A DNA stretch of 64,000 bases from an uncultured Acidobacteriota bacterium (GCA_963700145.1 OY969474.1:4160001-4224000); one strand, 5' to 3'. Numbered from the stretch's first letter, positions 48,163-59,355 are shown. Notes: generated from the letters alone by a model not told the origin. Translations and numbers: made by a program.

Positions 48163-50381
48163 GCGCCGCGGCGGCGCAGGCGAGCGGGCTCGACCGCCGG
48201 CAGTTCCTCCGCGTCAGCGGCACCGTCGCGGGCGGCCTGCTGATCAGCTTCGGCGGCGCGCTGGAGGCCCTGGCCGCCGCCGCCGAGGAGGCAGCGCCGC
48301 CGGCCTCCTTCGCCCCCAACGGCTATCTGCGCATCGACGCCGACGGCACGGTCACGCTCTGGGCGCGCAACCCGGAGATGGGGCAGGGCGTGCGCACCTC
48401 GCTGCCGCTGCTGATCGCCGAGGAGCTGGAGGTGGACCTGGCCGCCGTGCGCATCGAGCAGGCATCGCTCGACCCGCAGCGCTTCGGCGGCCAGGGCGCC
48501 GGCGGCAGCACCAGCGTCTGGGAGGACGGCTGGGAGCCGATGCGGCAGGCGGGCGCGACGGCGCGCGTCCTGCTGGTCGCCGCCGCCGCCCAGGCCTGGG
48601 GCGTCGAGCCCGCGAGCTGCGAGGCGCGGCAGGGCGCCGTGCATCACCCGGCCACCGGCCGGCGCCTGAGCTACGGCGAGCTGGCGGCGCGCGCCGCGGC
48701 GCTGCCGGTGCCGGCCACCGCTCCCGTCAAGGACCCGCGGACCTTCCGACAGGTGGGAACGCGGGTGCCGAGCGTGGACCTCCACGACATCGTCACCGGC
48801 CGCATCCGCTACGGCCTCGACGTACGGGTGCCGGGCATGCTCTACGCGTCGATCGCCAAGTGCCCGGTCTTCGCCGGCAAGGTGCGCTCCTTCGACGCGC
48901 GCGCGGCACTGGCCGTGCCCGGCGTGCGCCGCGTCGTCGCGATCGAGGGCCACGAGAACCCGACGATCCTCCAGCCGGGCGTGGCGGTGGTGGCCGAGAC
49001 GACGTGGGCGGCCTTCCAGGGGGCCGCGGTCCTGCGCGTCGAGTGGGACGAGGGGCCCTTCCGCGACGAGAGCTCGGCGAGCCTGGCGGCGCAGATGGAC
49101 GAGCTGCTGGCCAAGCCCGGCACCCTGGTGGCGGCGGACGGCGACGCGGCGGCGGCGCTGGCCGGGGCGGCGCGGGTCGTCGAGGCCGTCTACGACCTGC
49201 CGTTCCTCGCCCACGCGACCCTCGAGCCGCACAACTGCACGGCGCACGTGCGCGACGGCCGCTGCGACGTCTGGGGCCCGGTGCAGATGCCCGGCGGCGC
49301 GCGGCGGGCGGTGGCGGCGGCGACCGGCCTGGCGGCGGAGGCCGTGGCGGTGCATCCGTCGCGGCTCGGCGGCGGCTTCGGGCGGCGCCTGATGTCCGAC
49401 TACGCGGCCGAGGCGGCTCGGGTCTCGCAGCTCGTCGGGGCGCCGGTCATGGTGGTCGCCGACCGGCCCCAGGACATGCAGCACGACTACTACCGGACGG
49501 CGGCGCGCCACCGGCTGCGCGGCGGGCTCGACGAGAGCGGGCGGCTGGTCGCCTGGGCGCACCACCTGACGAGCGCCTCGCGCTACGCCTACCGCCGCGA
49601 GACCGGCGGCCCCGAGCGCAGCGAGGTGCTGCCCGACGACTTCCCGCGCCGGCTGGTGCCGGCCTATCGGCTGGAGTGGAGCGGGCTCTCGACCGGCGTG
49701 CCGGTGGGGGCGTGGCGCGCCCCGCGCCACAACAACGAGGCCTTCGCGGTGGAGTGCTTCGTCGACGAGCTGGCGCAAGCGGCCGGCCGCGACCCGCTCG
49801 CGTTCCGGCTGGCGATTCTGGGCGAGACGCGCGAGCTGCCGTACGAGGACCACGGCGGGCCCGGCTGGTCGCCGGCCCGGCTGCGCCGGGTGCTCGAGCT
49901 GGCGGCCGAGAAGGCGGGGTGGGGGAGCCCGCTGCCCGCGGGCCGCGGCCGCGGCATCGCCGGCCACTTCACCTTCGGCTCCTACTGCGCCGAGGTGGCG
50001 GAGGTGACCGTCGACGCCGCCGGGCGCCTGCGCGTCGACCGCGTCGTCGCCGCCGTCGACTGCGGCTTCCCGGTCAACCTCTCGGGCATCGAGGCCCAGA
50101 CCGAGGGCGGCATCCTCGACGGCCTCTCGGCGACCCTCTACGGCGAGATCACGATCGACCGCGGCCGCGCGGTCGAGAGCACCTTCCAGGACTACCCGCT
50201 CTTGCGCATCGGCGAGGCGCCGCGGATCGAGGTCCACGTCGTGCCCTCGACCGAGCCGCCGCACGGCATGGGCGAGCTGGCGCTGCCGCCGCTCGGGCCC
50301 GCGGTCGCCAACGCGCTCTTCGCCGCCACCGGGCAGCGCGTCCGGCGCCTGCCGCTGCGCCGCGCCGGCCTCGTCGCCTGA
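48159..50381 (+). CDS. Molybdopterin-binding subunit (IorB-like) with a Tat signal
   Basis: [38 protein letters not shown]...P. Confidence 0.92.
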   Translation: MSAAAAQASGLDRRQFLRVSGTVAGGLLISFGGALEALAAAAEEAAPPASFAPNGYLRIDADGTVTLWARNPEMGQGVRTSLPLLIAEELEVDLAAVRIEQASLDPQRFGGQGAGGSTSVWEDGWEPMRQAGATARVLLVAAAAQAWGVEPASCEARQGAVHHPATGRRLSYGELAARAAALPVPATAPVKDPRTFRQVGTRVPSVDLHDIVTGRIRYGLDVRVPGMLYASIAKCPVFAGKVRSFDARAALAVPGVRRVVAIEGHENPTILQPGVAVVAETTWAAFQGAAVLRVEWDEGPFRDESSASLAAQMDELLAKPGTLVAADGDAAAALAGAARVVEAVYDLPFLAHATLEPHNCTAHVRDGRCDVWGPVQMPGGARRAVAAATGLAAEAVAVHPSRLGGGFGRRLMSDYAAEAARVSQLVGAPVMVVADRPQDMQHDYYRTAARHRLRGGLDESGRLVAWAHHLTSASRYAYRRETGGPERSEVLPDDFPRRLVPAYRLEWSGLSTGVPVGAWRAPRHNNEAFAVECFVDELAQAAGRDPLAFRLAILGETRELPYEDHGGPGWSPARLRRVLELAAEKAGWGSPLPAGRGRGIAGHFTFGSYCAEVAEVTVDAAGRLRVDRVVAAVDCGFPVNLSGIEAQTEGGILDGLSATLYGEITIDRGRAVESTFQDYPLLRIGEAPRIEVHVVPSTEPPHGMGELALPPLGPAVANALFAATGQRVRRLPLRRAGLVA

Positions 50382-50449
50382 TTGGACCCGTCCTCGCGGG
50401 TTGTGGAAAGATCGCCCGCTCGCCGGGCCGGCGAGCGAAGGGACCCCCC

Positions 50450-52162
50450 ATGCGTTGGAGCCGCTACTACCTCTACACCACCCGCGAGGTGCCGAACGAC
50501 GCCGAGGTCGTGAGCCACCAGCTCATGGTCCGCACCGGCATGATCAAGAAGCTGGCGGCGGGGATCTACACCTACCAGCCGTTCGGCTGGCGCAGCATCT
50601 GGAAGCTGATGGCGATCGTGCGCCGCGAGATGGACGCCGCCGGCGCCATCGAGCTGTCGATGCCGGCCGTCCAGCCGGCCGAGCTGTGGGTGGAGTCGGG
50701 GCGCTGGCAGCGCTACGGCAAGGAGCTGCTGCGCATCAAGGACCGCCACGAGCGCGAATTCGCCTTCGGCCCGACGCACGAGGAGGTGGTGACCGACATG
50801 GTGCGCCGGGAGCTCAAGAGCTACCGCCAGCTGCCGGTCAACCTCTACCAGATCCAGACCAAGTTCCGCGACGAGATCCGCCCGCGCTTCGGCCTGATGC
50901 GCGGGCGCGAGTTCCTGATGAAGGACGCCTACTCCTTCCACGCCAGCGCCGAGAGCCTCGACGAGGCCTACCAGGCGATGCGCCAGACCTACGAGCGCAT
51001 CTTCGAGGCCTGCCAGCTCGACTACAACGTCGTCGAGGCGGACACCGGGACGATCGGCGGCTCGGCCTCGCACGAGTTCATGGTGGTGGCCGAGACCGGG
51101 GAGAGCGCCGTCGTGCGCTGCCCGAAGTGCGGCTATGCGGCGAACGTCGAGAAGGCGGAGACGCGGTGGATTCCGCTGGCGCCAGCGCAGGGCGGCAAAA
51201 CGGAGCCCGAGCTGCGCGAGGTCTCGACCCCCGGAATGAGGTCCATCGAGGAGGTCTCCACTTTCCTCTCGATCGCGCCCGCGGAGCTGGTGAAGACGCT
51301 GATCTACGAGACCGAGAAGGGGTTCGTGGCGGTGGCGATCCGCGGCGACCGCGAGGTCAACGAGGTCAAGCTCGCCAACCACCTCGACGTCCAGCACCTG
51401 GCGCTGGCGAGCGACGAGAAGGTCCGGCAGGCGACGAGCGCGCCGGTGGGCTTCGCCGGGCCGGTCGGGCTGCCGCCGGAGCTGCGGCTGGTCGTCGACC
51501 CGACGGTGCCCGACCTCGCCTGCTTCGCCTGCGGCGCCAACAAGGCCGACGCGCACCTGACTGGCGCCGCCTGGGCCCGCGACGTCGGGCGCGGCGAGAC
51601 TGCCGACGTCGTGCTGGTCGGCGGCGGCGACCCCTGCCCGCGCTGCGACGGCACCCTCGAGCTCTTCCGCGGCATCGAGGTCGGGCACATCTTCAAGCTC
51701 GGCACCAAGTACTCGGAGGCGATGGCCTGCAACTTCACCGATGAGCAGGGCGTCGACTCGCCGATGATCATGGGCTGCTACGGCCTCGGCATCGGCCGCA
51801 CCGTCGCCGCCGCCATCGAGCAGAACCACGACGCCGACGGCATCGTCTGGCCGCGCCCGCTCGCCCCCTTCGAGGTGCTGCTCATCGCCCTCAACCCCGG
51901 CGACCCCGCGGTGCGCGAGGCCGCCGAAGGGATCTACGCCCGCCTGCGCGAGCAGGGCGTGGACGTCCTCTACGACGACCGCGACGAGCGCCCGGGCGTC
52001 AAGTTCAAGGACGCCGACCTCATCGGCCTGCCGGTGCGGCTCGTCGTGGGGGCCAAGTCCCTGGCCGACGGCCGCGTCGAAGTTTCCCTCCGCCGCGACC
52101 GCGTTAAGCACCAGGTCCCCGTCGCCGACGCCGTCCCCGCCGCCCTCGAGCGGCTGCTCTAG
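50450..52162 (+). CDS. proS: Proline--tRNA ligase (bacterial type with editing domain)
   Basis: [61 protein letters not shown]. Confidence 0.97.
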   Translation: MRWSRYYLYTTREVPNDAEVVSHQLMVRTGMIKKLAAGIYTYQPFGWRSIWKLMAIVRREMDAAGAIELSMPAVQPAELWVESGRWQRYGKELLRIKDRHEREFAFGPTHEEVVTDMVRRELKSYRQLPVNLYQIQTKFRDEIRPRFGLMRGREFLMKDAYSFHASAESLDEAYQAMRQTYERIFEACQLDYNVVEADTGTIGGSASHEFMVVAETGESAVVRCPKCGYAANVEKAETRWIPLAPAQGGKTEPELREVSTPGMRSIEEVSTFLSIAPAELVKTLIYETEKGFVAVAIRGDREVNEVKLANHLDVQHLALASDEKVRQATSAPVGFAGPVGLPPELRLVVDPTVPDLACFACGANKADAHLTGAAWARDVGRGETADVVLVGGGDPCPRCDGTLELFRGIEVGHIFKLGTKYSEAMACNFTDEQGVDSPMIMGCYGLGIGRTVAAAIEQNHDADGIVWPRPLAPFEVLLIALNPGDPAVREAAEGIYARLREQGVDVLYDDRDERPGVKFKDADLIGLPVRLVVGAKSLADGRVEVSLRRDRVKHQVPVADAVPAALERLL

Positions 52163-52176
52163 GGGCCGGCGGGCCG

Positions 52177-52629
52177 CTACCAGACGAACAGCAGGTCGAA
52201 CCGGTTGTCCGACAGGGCGCCGGCGTGGTTGTAGCAGCGCACCTGGGCCGAGAAGTCGGCGCCGCCGGTGCCCCAGTTCACCACTTTGCACTGGTCGGCG
52301 TCCTCGCCGCCGTAGGCGGTGACCTGCACGTGCCCACCGGGACCCCACGAAGTGGCCCCCGCGAAAAGCGCGCCGCCGCCCACGCCCTTGCAGGTCACGG
52401 AGTAGGTGCCGATCGCGGTGCGGGTGACGAGGTTGGCGCTCGCCTTGCCGACCGCGTTGTACGAGTAGGGAACGCTCGGCGAGTAGGGAGCGCCGATCGT
52501 CGAGGACGGGGTGTTCGCCCAGAGGTAGCACAGCACGTTGGCCCCCCGGCCCGGGTCCGCGAGCGAGGGGAGCGACCAACCCGCGAGGACCAGCGCGAAG
52601 ACACAGACTGCAGCCAGCTTTCTGCTCAT
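52177..52629 (-). CDS. Hypothetical secreted beta-rich protein
   Basis: Signal peptide MSRKLAAV...SLA; [19 protein letters not shown], four Cys in the mature part. Confidence 0.7.
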   Translation of the reverse strand: MSRKLAAVCVFALVLAGWSLPSLADPGRGANVLCYLWANTPSSTIGAPYSPSVPYSYNAVGKASANLVTRTAIGTYSVTCKGVGGGALFAGATSWGPGGHVQVTAYGGEDADQCKVVNWGTGGADFSAQVRCYNHAGALSDNRFDLLFVW

Positions 52630-52806
52630 GACGATGTTCTCCTTTCGTGCCCTCTCGGGCGTCTCTCTCCAGGCGACGACGGCGTGCGAGTCGTTACAGC
52701 GGGGTCTTGCCCCAATGATAGGGCGCCGCGGCCGCATCCCGCAAATCATTGATTCCGCAAGCCCTACGGCTCACTGGCAGCCTCCGTGCTAGAGTTTCCG
52801 CCGTTG

Positions 52807-54165
52807 ATGGCAGACCCTCCGAGTAGCCTTCCCGCCCACGGCCCCGCTTTCGCGCTCGACCCGATCTGGGCGTTCGTCTTCGCGATCGTCCTGGTCCTGC
52901 TCAACGGCTTTTTCGTGGCCGCGGAGTTCGCGCTCGTCAAGGTGCGGGCGACGCAGCTCGACCCGCACGTGCAGGCCGGGGAGCGGCGCGGCAAGGTGGC
53001 GCGGCACATGGTGCGGCACCTCGACGCCTACCTCTCGGCGACGCAGCTCGGCATCACCCTGGCCAGCCTCGCCCTCGGCTGGATCGGCCACGGCGCCTTC
53101 TCCTGGATCGTCGAGCCGGTGGTGAGGCTCTTCGCCGGCGACAACCCGGCGCTGGTCGACTCGGCGGCCCTCACCCTCTCGTTCCTGGCGATCACCGTCC
53201 TGCACATCGTGCTCGGGGAGCTGGCGCCGAAGTCGCTGGCCATCCGCAAGCCGGAATCGACCTCGCTCAACGTCGCCCTGCCGCTCTACGTCTTCTACAA
53301 GGCCACCTACCCGATGATCTGGCTGCTCAACCACGCAGCCAACGGGCTGCTGCGGCTGGTGCGGATCCAGCCGGTCTCCGAAGGGGAGCTGGCGCACGAC
53401 GAGGAGGAGCTGCGGCTGCTCCTCGCCGGGGGCGGCGGCGCGCACCTCTCGGACCAGAAGCGCGAGCTGCTCGACAACGTCTTCGAGCTGTCGCACCGGG
53501 TGGCGCGGCAGATCATGGTGCCGCGCGCCGACGTCGTCTACCTCTCGACCATCCGCAGCCTCGAGGAGAACCTCCACATCGCCCGCGAGAGCGGGCACAC
53601 CCGCTTCCCGCTCTGCGAAGGGGACCTCGACCACACCGTCGGCGTCATCCACATCAAGGACATCTTCCGCGCCGACCCGCTGCCCGCCGACCTGCGGCAG
53701 ATCGCGCGCGAGATGGCCTTCGTCCCCGACACCCTGGGCCTCGACCGCCTGCTCAAGCGGATGCGCACCGAGCGCTTCCACATGGCGGCGGTGATGGACG
53801 AGTACGGCGGCGTCTCCGGCGTCGTCACCCTCGAGACGGTGATCGAGGAGATCGTCGGCCAGATCTCGGACGAGTTCGACGCCCCGGAGAAGCCGGAGCT
53901 GGTGCCCGGCGAGGAGGGGGTGTGGGAAGTCTCGGGCGGGATGCTGGTCGTCGAGCTCGAGGAGGCGCTCGGCATCGAGTTCTCCGAGCGCGACGAGGAC
54001 ACGATCGGCGGCGTCGTGCTCTCCGAGCTCGGGCGGCTGCCGGTCCCCGGCGACCGCGTCGAGGTGGGGCCGCTCGAGATCGAAGTCCTCGAGGTGCGGT
54101 TGAACCGCATCGTCTCGCTGCGCGTCCGCGTCAAGCAGCCGGCGGCCGTCGCCGGCGAAGGCTAG
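52807..54165 (+). CDS. CNNM/HlyC-CorC family transporter (DUF21-CBS-CorC)
   Basis: NGFFVAAEFALV, QLGIT, GELAPK, IMVPR, HTRFP, DEYGG.SG.VT.E. Confidence 0.92.
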   Translation: MADPPSSLPAHGPAFALDPIWAFVFAIVLVLLNGFFVAAEFALVKVRATQLDPHVQAGERRGKVARHMVRHLDAYLSATQLGITLASLALGWIGHGAFSWIVEPVVRLFAGDNPALVDSAALTLSFLAITVLHIVLGELAPKSLAIRKPESTSLNVALPLYVFYKATYPMIWLLNHAANGLLRLVRIQPVSEGELAHDEEELRLLLAGGGGAHLSDQKRELLDNVFELSHRVARQIMVPRADVVYLSTIRSLEENLHIARESGHTRFPLCEGDLDHTVGVIHIKDIFRADPLPADLRQIAREMAFVPDTLGLDRLLKRMRTERFHMAAVMDEYGGVSGVVTLETVIEEIVGQISDEFDAPEKPELVPGEEGVWEVSGGMLVVELEEALGIEFSERDEDTIGGVVLSELGRLPVPGDRVEVGPLEIEVLEVRLNRIVSLRVRVKQPAAVAGEG

Positions 54166-54169
54166 CCTC

Positions 54170-55810
54170 CTGCTCCGCCGCAGCGTCCCGCTCCTCCTCG
54201 CGTCCCTCCTCGCCGCCGCCGCGCCGGCCGCGGCGGCGATCCGCTTCCGCGAGGTCGCCGAGCCCTGGGGGCTCGCCTTCCGCCACCATCACGGCGGCAG
54301 CGGCCAGCGCCACATGCCGGAGACGATGGTGGGCGGGGTCGTCGTCTTCGACTACGACGGCGACGGCGACGAGGACGTGCTCTACGTCGACGCCGGGCCC
54401 CTCGCCGGCTACACGGGCGAGCCGCCGCGCTCGCGCCTCTTCCGCAACGACGGCGCCGGGCGCTTCGTGGACGCCACCGCCGCGGCGCGCCTGGCCGGCC
54501 CGGAGTACGGCGCCGGCGGCACCGCCGGCGACGTGGACGGCGACGGCGACCTCGACCTCTTCCTGGCCGGCTTCGGCCCCGACCGGCTGCTGCGCAACGA
54601 GGGGGACGGCACCTTCCGCGACGTCACCGCCGCCGCCGGCGCGGGCGACCCCTCCTGGAGCATGTCGGCGGCCTTCGCCGACCTCGACCGCGACGGCGAC
54701 CTCGACCTCTACGTCGCCAACTACGTCGAGTACCGCCTCGACGTCCACAAGGCCTGCTTCGACGAGGCCCGGCAGCTCGCCGGCTACTGCACGCCGCTGC
54801 GCTTCCTCGGCGCCCCCGACCGCCTCTTCCGCAACCGCGGCGACGGCACCTTCGCCGAGGCGACGCGGGAGATGGGCCTGCCGGAGGACGCCGGCAACGG
54901 GCTCGGCGTGGTCGTCGCCGACCTCGACGAGGACGGCTGGCCCGACCTCTACGTCGCCAACGACACGACGCCCAACTTCCTCTACCGCAACCGCGGCCGC
55001 GACGCCGGGGGCAAGCACGCCGGGTTCGAGGACGTCTCGACACTCTCCGGCGCCGCCCTCTCCGACCGCGGCCGCGCCGAGGGGAGCATGGGAGTGGACG
55101 CCGGCGACGCCGACGGCGACGGGCGGCTCGACCTGGTGGTGACGAACTTCGAGCTCGAGACCAACGTCCTCTACCGCAACCAGGGGAACCTGCTCTTCTC
55201 CGACAGCCGCTTCGCCGCCGGCATCGCCGAGCCGTCGCTGCTGTCGCTCGGCTTCGGCACCGCCTGGGCCGACTTCGACCACGACGCCGATCTCGACTTC
55301 GTGGTCGCCAACGGGCACATCCTCGACAACGCCGAGGCGATGAAGTCGCCCACCCCCTACCGCCAGCGCAACCAGGTCTACGAGAACCGGGGCGGCGGCC
55401 GCTTCGCGGAGGTGAAGGACGCGGGGCTCGACGTCGTGCGCGCCAGCCGCGGCCTGGCCACGGGCGACCTCGACGGCGACGGCGACCTCGAGGTCGTGGT
55501 CGTCAACTCGAACGACTGGAGCGAGGTCTACGAGGGGCTGGCGGCGGGGCCGTGGCTGGCCGTGGACCTCCTGGGGCGGGAGAGCAACCGCTCCGGGATC
55601 GGGGCGCGGGTCGAGCTGGAGTCGGCGGGCAAGCGCCAGGTGCGCGAGGTCAAGACCGGCTCCTCCTACCTCTCCCAGAACGCCTTGACCCTGCACTTCG
55701 GGCTCGGCGGCGCCGCTGCGGCCGACCGCCTGTCCGTCCGCTGGCCCTCCGGCAAGCGGCAGCGCTTCGAAGGTCTGCCGGCCAACCGGCGGTTGCTGAT
55801 CGTCGAATGA
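54170..55810 (+). CDS. CRTAC1-family protein (FG-GAP repeats plus ASPIC/UnbV); probable CTG start
   Basis: Repeated D.DGDGD.DL..N motifs, GIGARV, SYLSQ...LHFGLG; the signal peptide lies upstream of the listed ATG 54314. Confidence 0.88.
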   Translation: MLRRSVPLLLASLLAAAAPAAAAIRFREVAEPWGLAFRHHHGGSGQRHMPETMVGGVVVFDYDGDGDEDVLYVDAGPLAGYTGEPPRSRLFRNDGAGRFVDATAAARLAGPEYGAGGTAGDVDGDGDLDLFLAGFGPDRLLRNEGDGTFRDVTAAAGAGDPSWSMSAAFADLDRDGDLDLYVANYVEYRLDVHKACFDEARQLAGYCTPLRFLGAPDRLFRNRGDGTFAEATREMGLPEDAGNGLGVVVADLDEDGWPDLYVANDTTPNFLYRNRGRDAGGKHAGFEDVSTLSGAALSDRGRAEGSMGVDAGDADGDGRLDLVVTNFELETNVLYRNQGNLLFSDSRFAAGIAEPSLLSLGFGTAWADFDHDADLDFVVANGHILDNAEAMKSPTPYRQRNQVYENRGGGRFAEVKDAGLDVVRASRGLATGDLDGDGDLEVVVVNSNDWSEVYEGLAAGPWLAVDLLGRESNRSGIGARVELESAGKRQVREVKTGSSYLSQNALTLHFGLGGAAAADRLSVRWPSGKRQRFEGLPANRRLLIVE

Positions 55811-55880
55811 AAACGCCCGGCACGTAGGCCGGGCGCTACGGCGGCCTTCGTAGCGGCGGGCCTACGTGCCCGCCGTTTTC
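55809..55880. repeat. Inverted pair of GTAG-type REPs (REPIN/BIME-like)
   Basis: GAAAACGCCCGGCACGTAGGCCGGGCGCTACG-gcggcctt-CGTAGCGGCGGGCCTACGTGCCCGCCGTTTTC; the four differences between arms are compensatory within each hairpin. Confidence 0.82.
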
Positions 55881-57215
55881 TCTCAGGTGGTTCGAAGCGC
55901 AGCGGTAGCCGCCGGTGAGGATCACGCTGCGCACGAGCGGGGGCAGGAAGTCGAGCCGGGTCCCGGCGCGAGCGAAGACCTCCGCGGCGAGCTTGTCGCC
56001 GGCGGGCAGCAGCGCGGCGAACCCTTCGGCCCTGACCTTCCCTTCCCGTGTCTCGACCACCACGTTGTTCCAGGTGATCCGGAAGTCGGGGTGGCCGACC
56101 CCGCGCGGGTCGGCGAGGAGCGGCACAGGGACGTTGAGGAGCGGCAGCCGCCCGACGTCCATCCCCTGCCGCGCGAGGTGCGCCGCGACCGCGTCGAGGA
56201 AGCCTTGCAGCGCTGCGGCGCGGGGGCCCTCCTGGACGGCGGCGAGCGCCGCCGCCACGTCCGCGGCGCCGGGAGCGAGACCGTAGGCGGCACGGAAGCC
56301 TTCCCACTCCGCGGGCGTCGTGCGGCGGAGGGCCTCACGGCCGAGCCCGAAGTCGGCGACCAGGGCGCGCAGGCCCCCACCGGGCGCCGGCAAGAAGGTG
56401 ACGAGCGAGTCGAGGTCGTAGCCCGCGCCGCCGCCGAGCGTGCGCAAGAGCGCCGGCCGCGCCGCCGGCGCGACGTCGGCCGGCCGTGGGTGGACGAAGC
56501 GCACGGGCCGGCCGTAGAGGCCGCCCAGCTCGGCCGCGGCGTGCTCGACGGCCGCCATGTAGCGGTCCACGCCGGCCGCCGTGGCGAACTCTTCGACCGG
56601 CACACGTGCCAGCCCGAGGATCTCGAGCGCCCGCAGCTCGACGGTGTGGAGGCTGATCCAGGCGCCGCCGCCGGCCAGGAGCACCTGGCCGTTGTGGAAG
56701 GGCACCGGCGCCCTCGTCCAGCGCACGCCCCCCCAGGCCTCGTCCAGCGCCGGCGGCAGGTTCTCCACCACCGCGCGCCCCATCCAGAGGTCCTCCTCGC
56801 GCCCGGGCTGGGCGTTCGGCCGGGTGAGGACCACCACCCTGCCGTCGCCGTCCCGGACCAGGCTCAGCGGATCGCGCGGCCAGGGGGAGTAGCGGCGGCC
56901 GGAGGTGGGGAGGACGGTGAGGCCGGGAGCCGCGGCGAGCCGCAGGTCGGTCAGCACCAGGAGCGTACGCCGCCCGTCGAGCGCCCGCACCGCGGCGAGG
57001 AGCGCCTCGGCCTCCGGCCGCGCGATCAGGTGGGAGGGGAAGGAGTAGAGCGACGCCACGAGACGGCCCGCGGTGTCGTCGGCGAAGCGGAGGCGGCCGG
57101 GGGCGTAGGGAGCATCGGGAGCGGCGACACCCCCTCCGGCCGGGGCGGGCTGCGCGGTGGAACAAGACCAGAGGAAGCCCAGCGCGACGGCGAGCCGGGC
57201 GGGGACTGCGAGCAT
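55836..57215 (-). CDS. Lipoprotein with a pentein (agmatine/peptidylarginine deiminase-like) fold
   Basis: LWSC lipobox, WPRD, HNGQV, YDLD, WNN, terminal GGYRC; start ATG 57215. Confidence 0.62.
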   Translation of the reverse strand: MLAVPARLAVALGFLWSCSTAQPAPAGGGVAAPDAPYAPGRLRFADDTAGRLVASLYSFPSHLIARPEAEALLAAVRALDGRRTLLVLTDLRLAAAPGLTVLPTSGRRYSPWPRDPLSLVRDGDGRVVVLTRPNAQPGREEDLWMGRAVVENLPPALDEAWGGVRWTRAPVPFHNGQVLLAGGGAWISLHTVELRALEILGLARVPVEEFATAAGVDRYMAAVEHAAAELGGLYGRPVRFVHPRPADVAPAARPALLRTLGGGAGYDLDSLVTFLPAPGGGLRALVADFGLGREALRRTTPAEWEGFRAAYGLAPGAADVAAALAAVQEGPRAAALQGFLDAVAAHLARQGMDVGRLPLLNVPVPLLADPRGVGHPDFRITWNNVVVETREGKVRAEGFAALLPAGDKLAAEVFARAGTRLDFLPPLVRSVILTGGYRCASNHLRENGGHVGPPLRRPP

Positions 57216-57264
57216 CTGGCGGAGTCTAACCCGCGAGGGCGGCCTGCTAAGCTCGCGCGTCCGT

Positions 57265-59355
57265 ATGGCCAAGAAGCGGCGCGGCGAGCGCTCCCGCCGG
57301 GCGGAAGCGCCCGCTCCCGCCTCCGCAGCGCCCGCGGCACTGGAGCCGCGCGCGACCCTCCCTCGCACCTGGCTCGCCGCCGTCGCCGCGCTCGCCTTCG
57401 CGGTGCGCGCCGCGGTCGCCCTGCAGCTCGCGCCGACCGCGCTCTTCCGCTTGCCGCAGCTCGACTCGCTGGAGTTCCTGCTCTGGGCGCAGAGCGTCGC
57501 CGCCGGCGAGGCGCGCTGGCCGGCGGTCCCCACGCACGGTCCCGTCTACCCCTACTTCCTGGGCGCCCTGCTGGCCCTCTTCGACGGCTCCTTCACCGCC
57601 GTGCGCCTGGTGCAGGCGGCGCTCGGCGCTGGGCTCTGCGCGCTCGCCGCCGTCCTCGCTGCCTGCCTCTTCGACGACCGCCGCGCCGGTCTCGCCGCCG
57701 GGCTGCTGCTGGCGCTCTACGGGCCGCTCGTCTACGTCGAGATCTCCTTCCTCGCCGAGGGGCTGCTGCTCTTCCTGGCGTTCGCGGCGCTCTGGTGCCT
57801 GCTCCGGCCGGCGCCGACTCCCGGGGCCTCCATCGCCGCCGCAGCCGCCGCGGGCCTCCTCCTCGGCCTCGCCGCAGCGACCCGCGCCACCGCCCTGGCG
57901 CTCGTCCTGGCGCTGGCGCTCGCCCTCCTCCTCGACCGCCGCCGGCCGCGGCGCGCGCTCGCCGCCGGCGCGCTCGCCGCCGCGGCCCTGGCCGTGGTCC
58001 TGCCCGTCCTCGTCGCGGTGCGGCAGGCGAGCGGGAGCTGGCTGCCGATCCAGGGCTACGGCGGCCTCAACCTCTACATGGGGAACCGCCCGGGCGCCCC
58101 AGGCGTCCCCACCGCGCGGCTCGGCGGCGACTGGGACCGGCTGAGCGGCGAGCCCGCCCGCCGTGGCATCGCCGGCGCCGCGGCGCAGGAGCGCTGGTAC
58201 ACGCGCCAGCTCCTCGCCGAAGCGCGCGAGCGGCCGGGCGCGGTGCTGGCGGCGGTCGCGCGCAAGGGCGGGTGGCTCGTCCAGGACGAGGAGATCCGCG
58301 AGAGCCACAGCTTCTACTTTTTCCGCGCACGCTCGGCGCTCCTGCGCATCCTGCCCGGCTTCGCACTCCTCTTCCCGCTCGCCCTCTGCGGGCTGGTCGC
58401 GGCGGTGCGGGGACGCCGTCTGCCGCCCGCGCTCGCGCTCTACCTCCTGGTCTTCGCCGCCTCCTGCGTCGCCATCGTCATGTCCTCGCGCTACCGGCTG
58501 CCGCTGGTGCCGGCGCTCGCCGTCCTGGCCGGCGGCGGGGTCGCCTGGCTGCTCGACGCGGCGCGGGAACGGCGCTGGAAGACCCTCGGCGGCTTGGCCG
58601 CGCTCCTGGCGGCGGGGTTCGCCGCGACCCAGCTCCGCGACCACGCCCCGAGCCGCAATCTGGCCGAGGAGTCGGCCCTGACCGCCCTGTCGCTGGAGGC
58701 GCAGGACGACGTCGCCGGGGCGCGCGCGGCCGTCAAGGAGGCGCTGCGGGAGGACCCCGAGTCGGCGTTCGCGTGGGCGATCGCCGGGCGGCTGGCGGAG
58801 CGCGAGGGGGACGCGGCGCGGGCGGAGCGCGCCTTCGCCGCCTCCGCCCGGCTGGCGCCGGACTTCCAACGCGCGCGGCTCAACCTGGGGGCCGCCCTGC
58901 GGCGGCGCGGCGACCTGGCCGGCGCCGAGCGCGAGCTGCGGCGGGCGCTCTGGCTGGTGCCGGGGCACGCCGGGGCGCGGCGCGAGCTGGCGGCGGTGCT
59001 GCTCGAGCGCGCCCGGCGCGAAGGGGCGGCGCGCAACCCGGGGCGCGGCCAAGCGCTGGCCGCCGAGGCGGCGCGCCTCGCCCCCGGGGAGGCGGAGAGC
59101 TGGCTGACGCTGGGGATGCTGGCGCTCGACGCCGGCGACCCGGCCGCCGCCCGCGCCGCATTGGAGCGCGCGGGCGGGATGATGGGCCCGGAAGCGCCGC
59201 CGGTCGCCCTCGGCTGGGCGCTGCTGGACCGCCTGGAGGGGCGGCCGGAGGCGGCCGTGGAGCGGCTGCGGCGGCTTCTGGCGCGCCACCCCGGCTACCA
59301 GCCGGCGGCGCAGCTCCTGCGCGCCCTCGCTACGAGCGCCCCTCCTTCTCCTTGA
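57265..59355 (+). CDS. ArnT/PMT-like membrane glycosyltransferase with C-terminal TPRs
   Basis: QLDS..F, PVYPYFL, GGLNLYMGN, SRYRLP, TPR tail; start ATG 57265. Confidence 0.82.
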   Translation: MAKKRRGERSRRAEAPAPASAAPAALEPRATLPRTWLAAVAALAFAVRAAVALQLAPTALFRLPQLDSLEFLLWAQSVAAGEARWPAVPTHGPVYPYFLGALLALFDGSFTAVRLVQAALGAGLCALAAVLAACLFDDRRAGLAAGLLLALYGPLVYVEISFLAEGLLLFLAFAALWCLLRPAPTPGASIAAAAAAGLLLGLAAATRATALALVLALALALLLDRRRPRRALAAGALAAAALAVVLPVLVAVRQASGSWLPIQGYGGLNLYMGNRPGAPGVPTARLGGDWDRLSGEPARRGIAGAAAQERWYTRQLLAEARERPGAVLAAVARKGGWLVQDEEIRESHSFYFFRARSALLRILPGFALLFPLALCGLVAAVRGRRLPPALALYLLVFAASCVAIVMSSRYRLPLVPALAVLAGGGVAWLLDAARERRWKTLGGLAALLAAGFAATQLRDHAPSRNLAEESALTALSLEAQDDVAGARAAVKEALREDPESAFAWAIAGRLAEREGDAARAERAFAASARLAPDFQRARLNLGAALRRRGDLAGAERELRRALWLVPGHAGARRELAAVLLERARREGAARNPGRGQALAAEAARLAPGEAESWLTLGMLALDAGDPAAARAALERAGGMMGPEAPPVALGWALLDRLEGRPEAAVERLRRLLARHPGYQPAAQLLRALATSAPPSP

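Noticed and set aside
48125-50449. 1345-aa ProS fusion protein
   Set aside because: The upstream part is an off-frame shadow of the IorB-like gene; ProS starts at ATG 50450 (MRWSRY).
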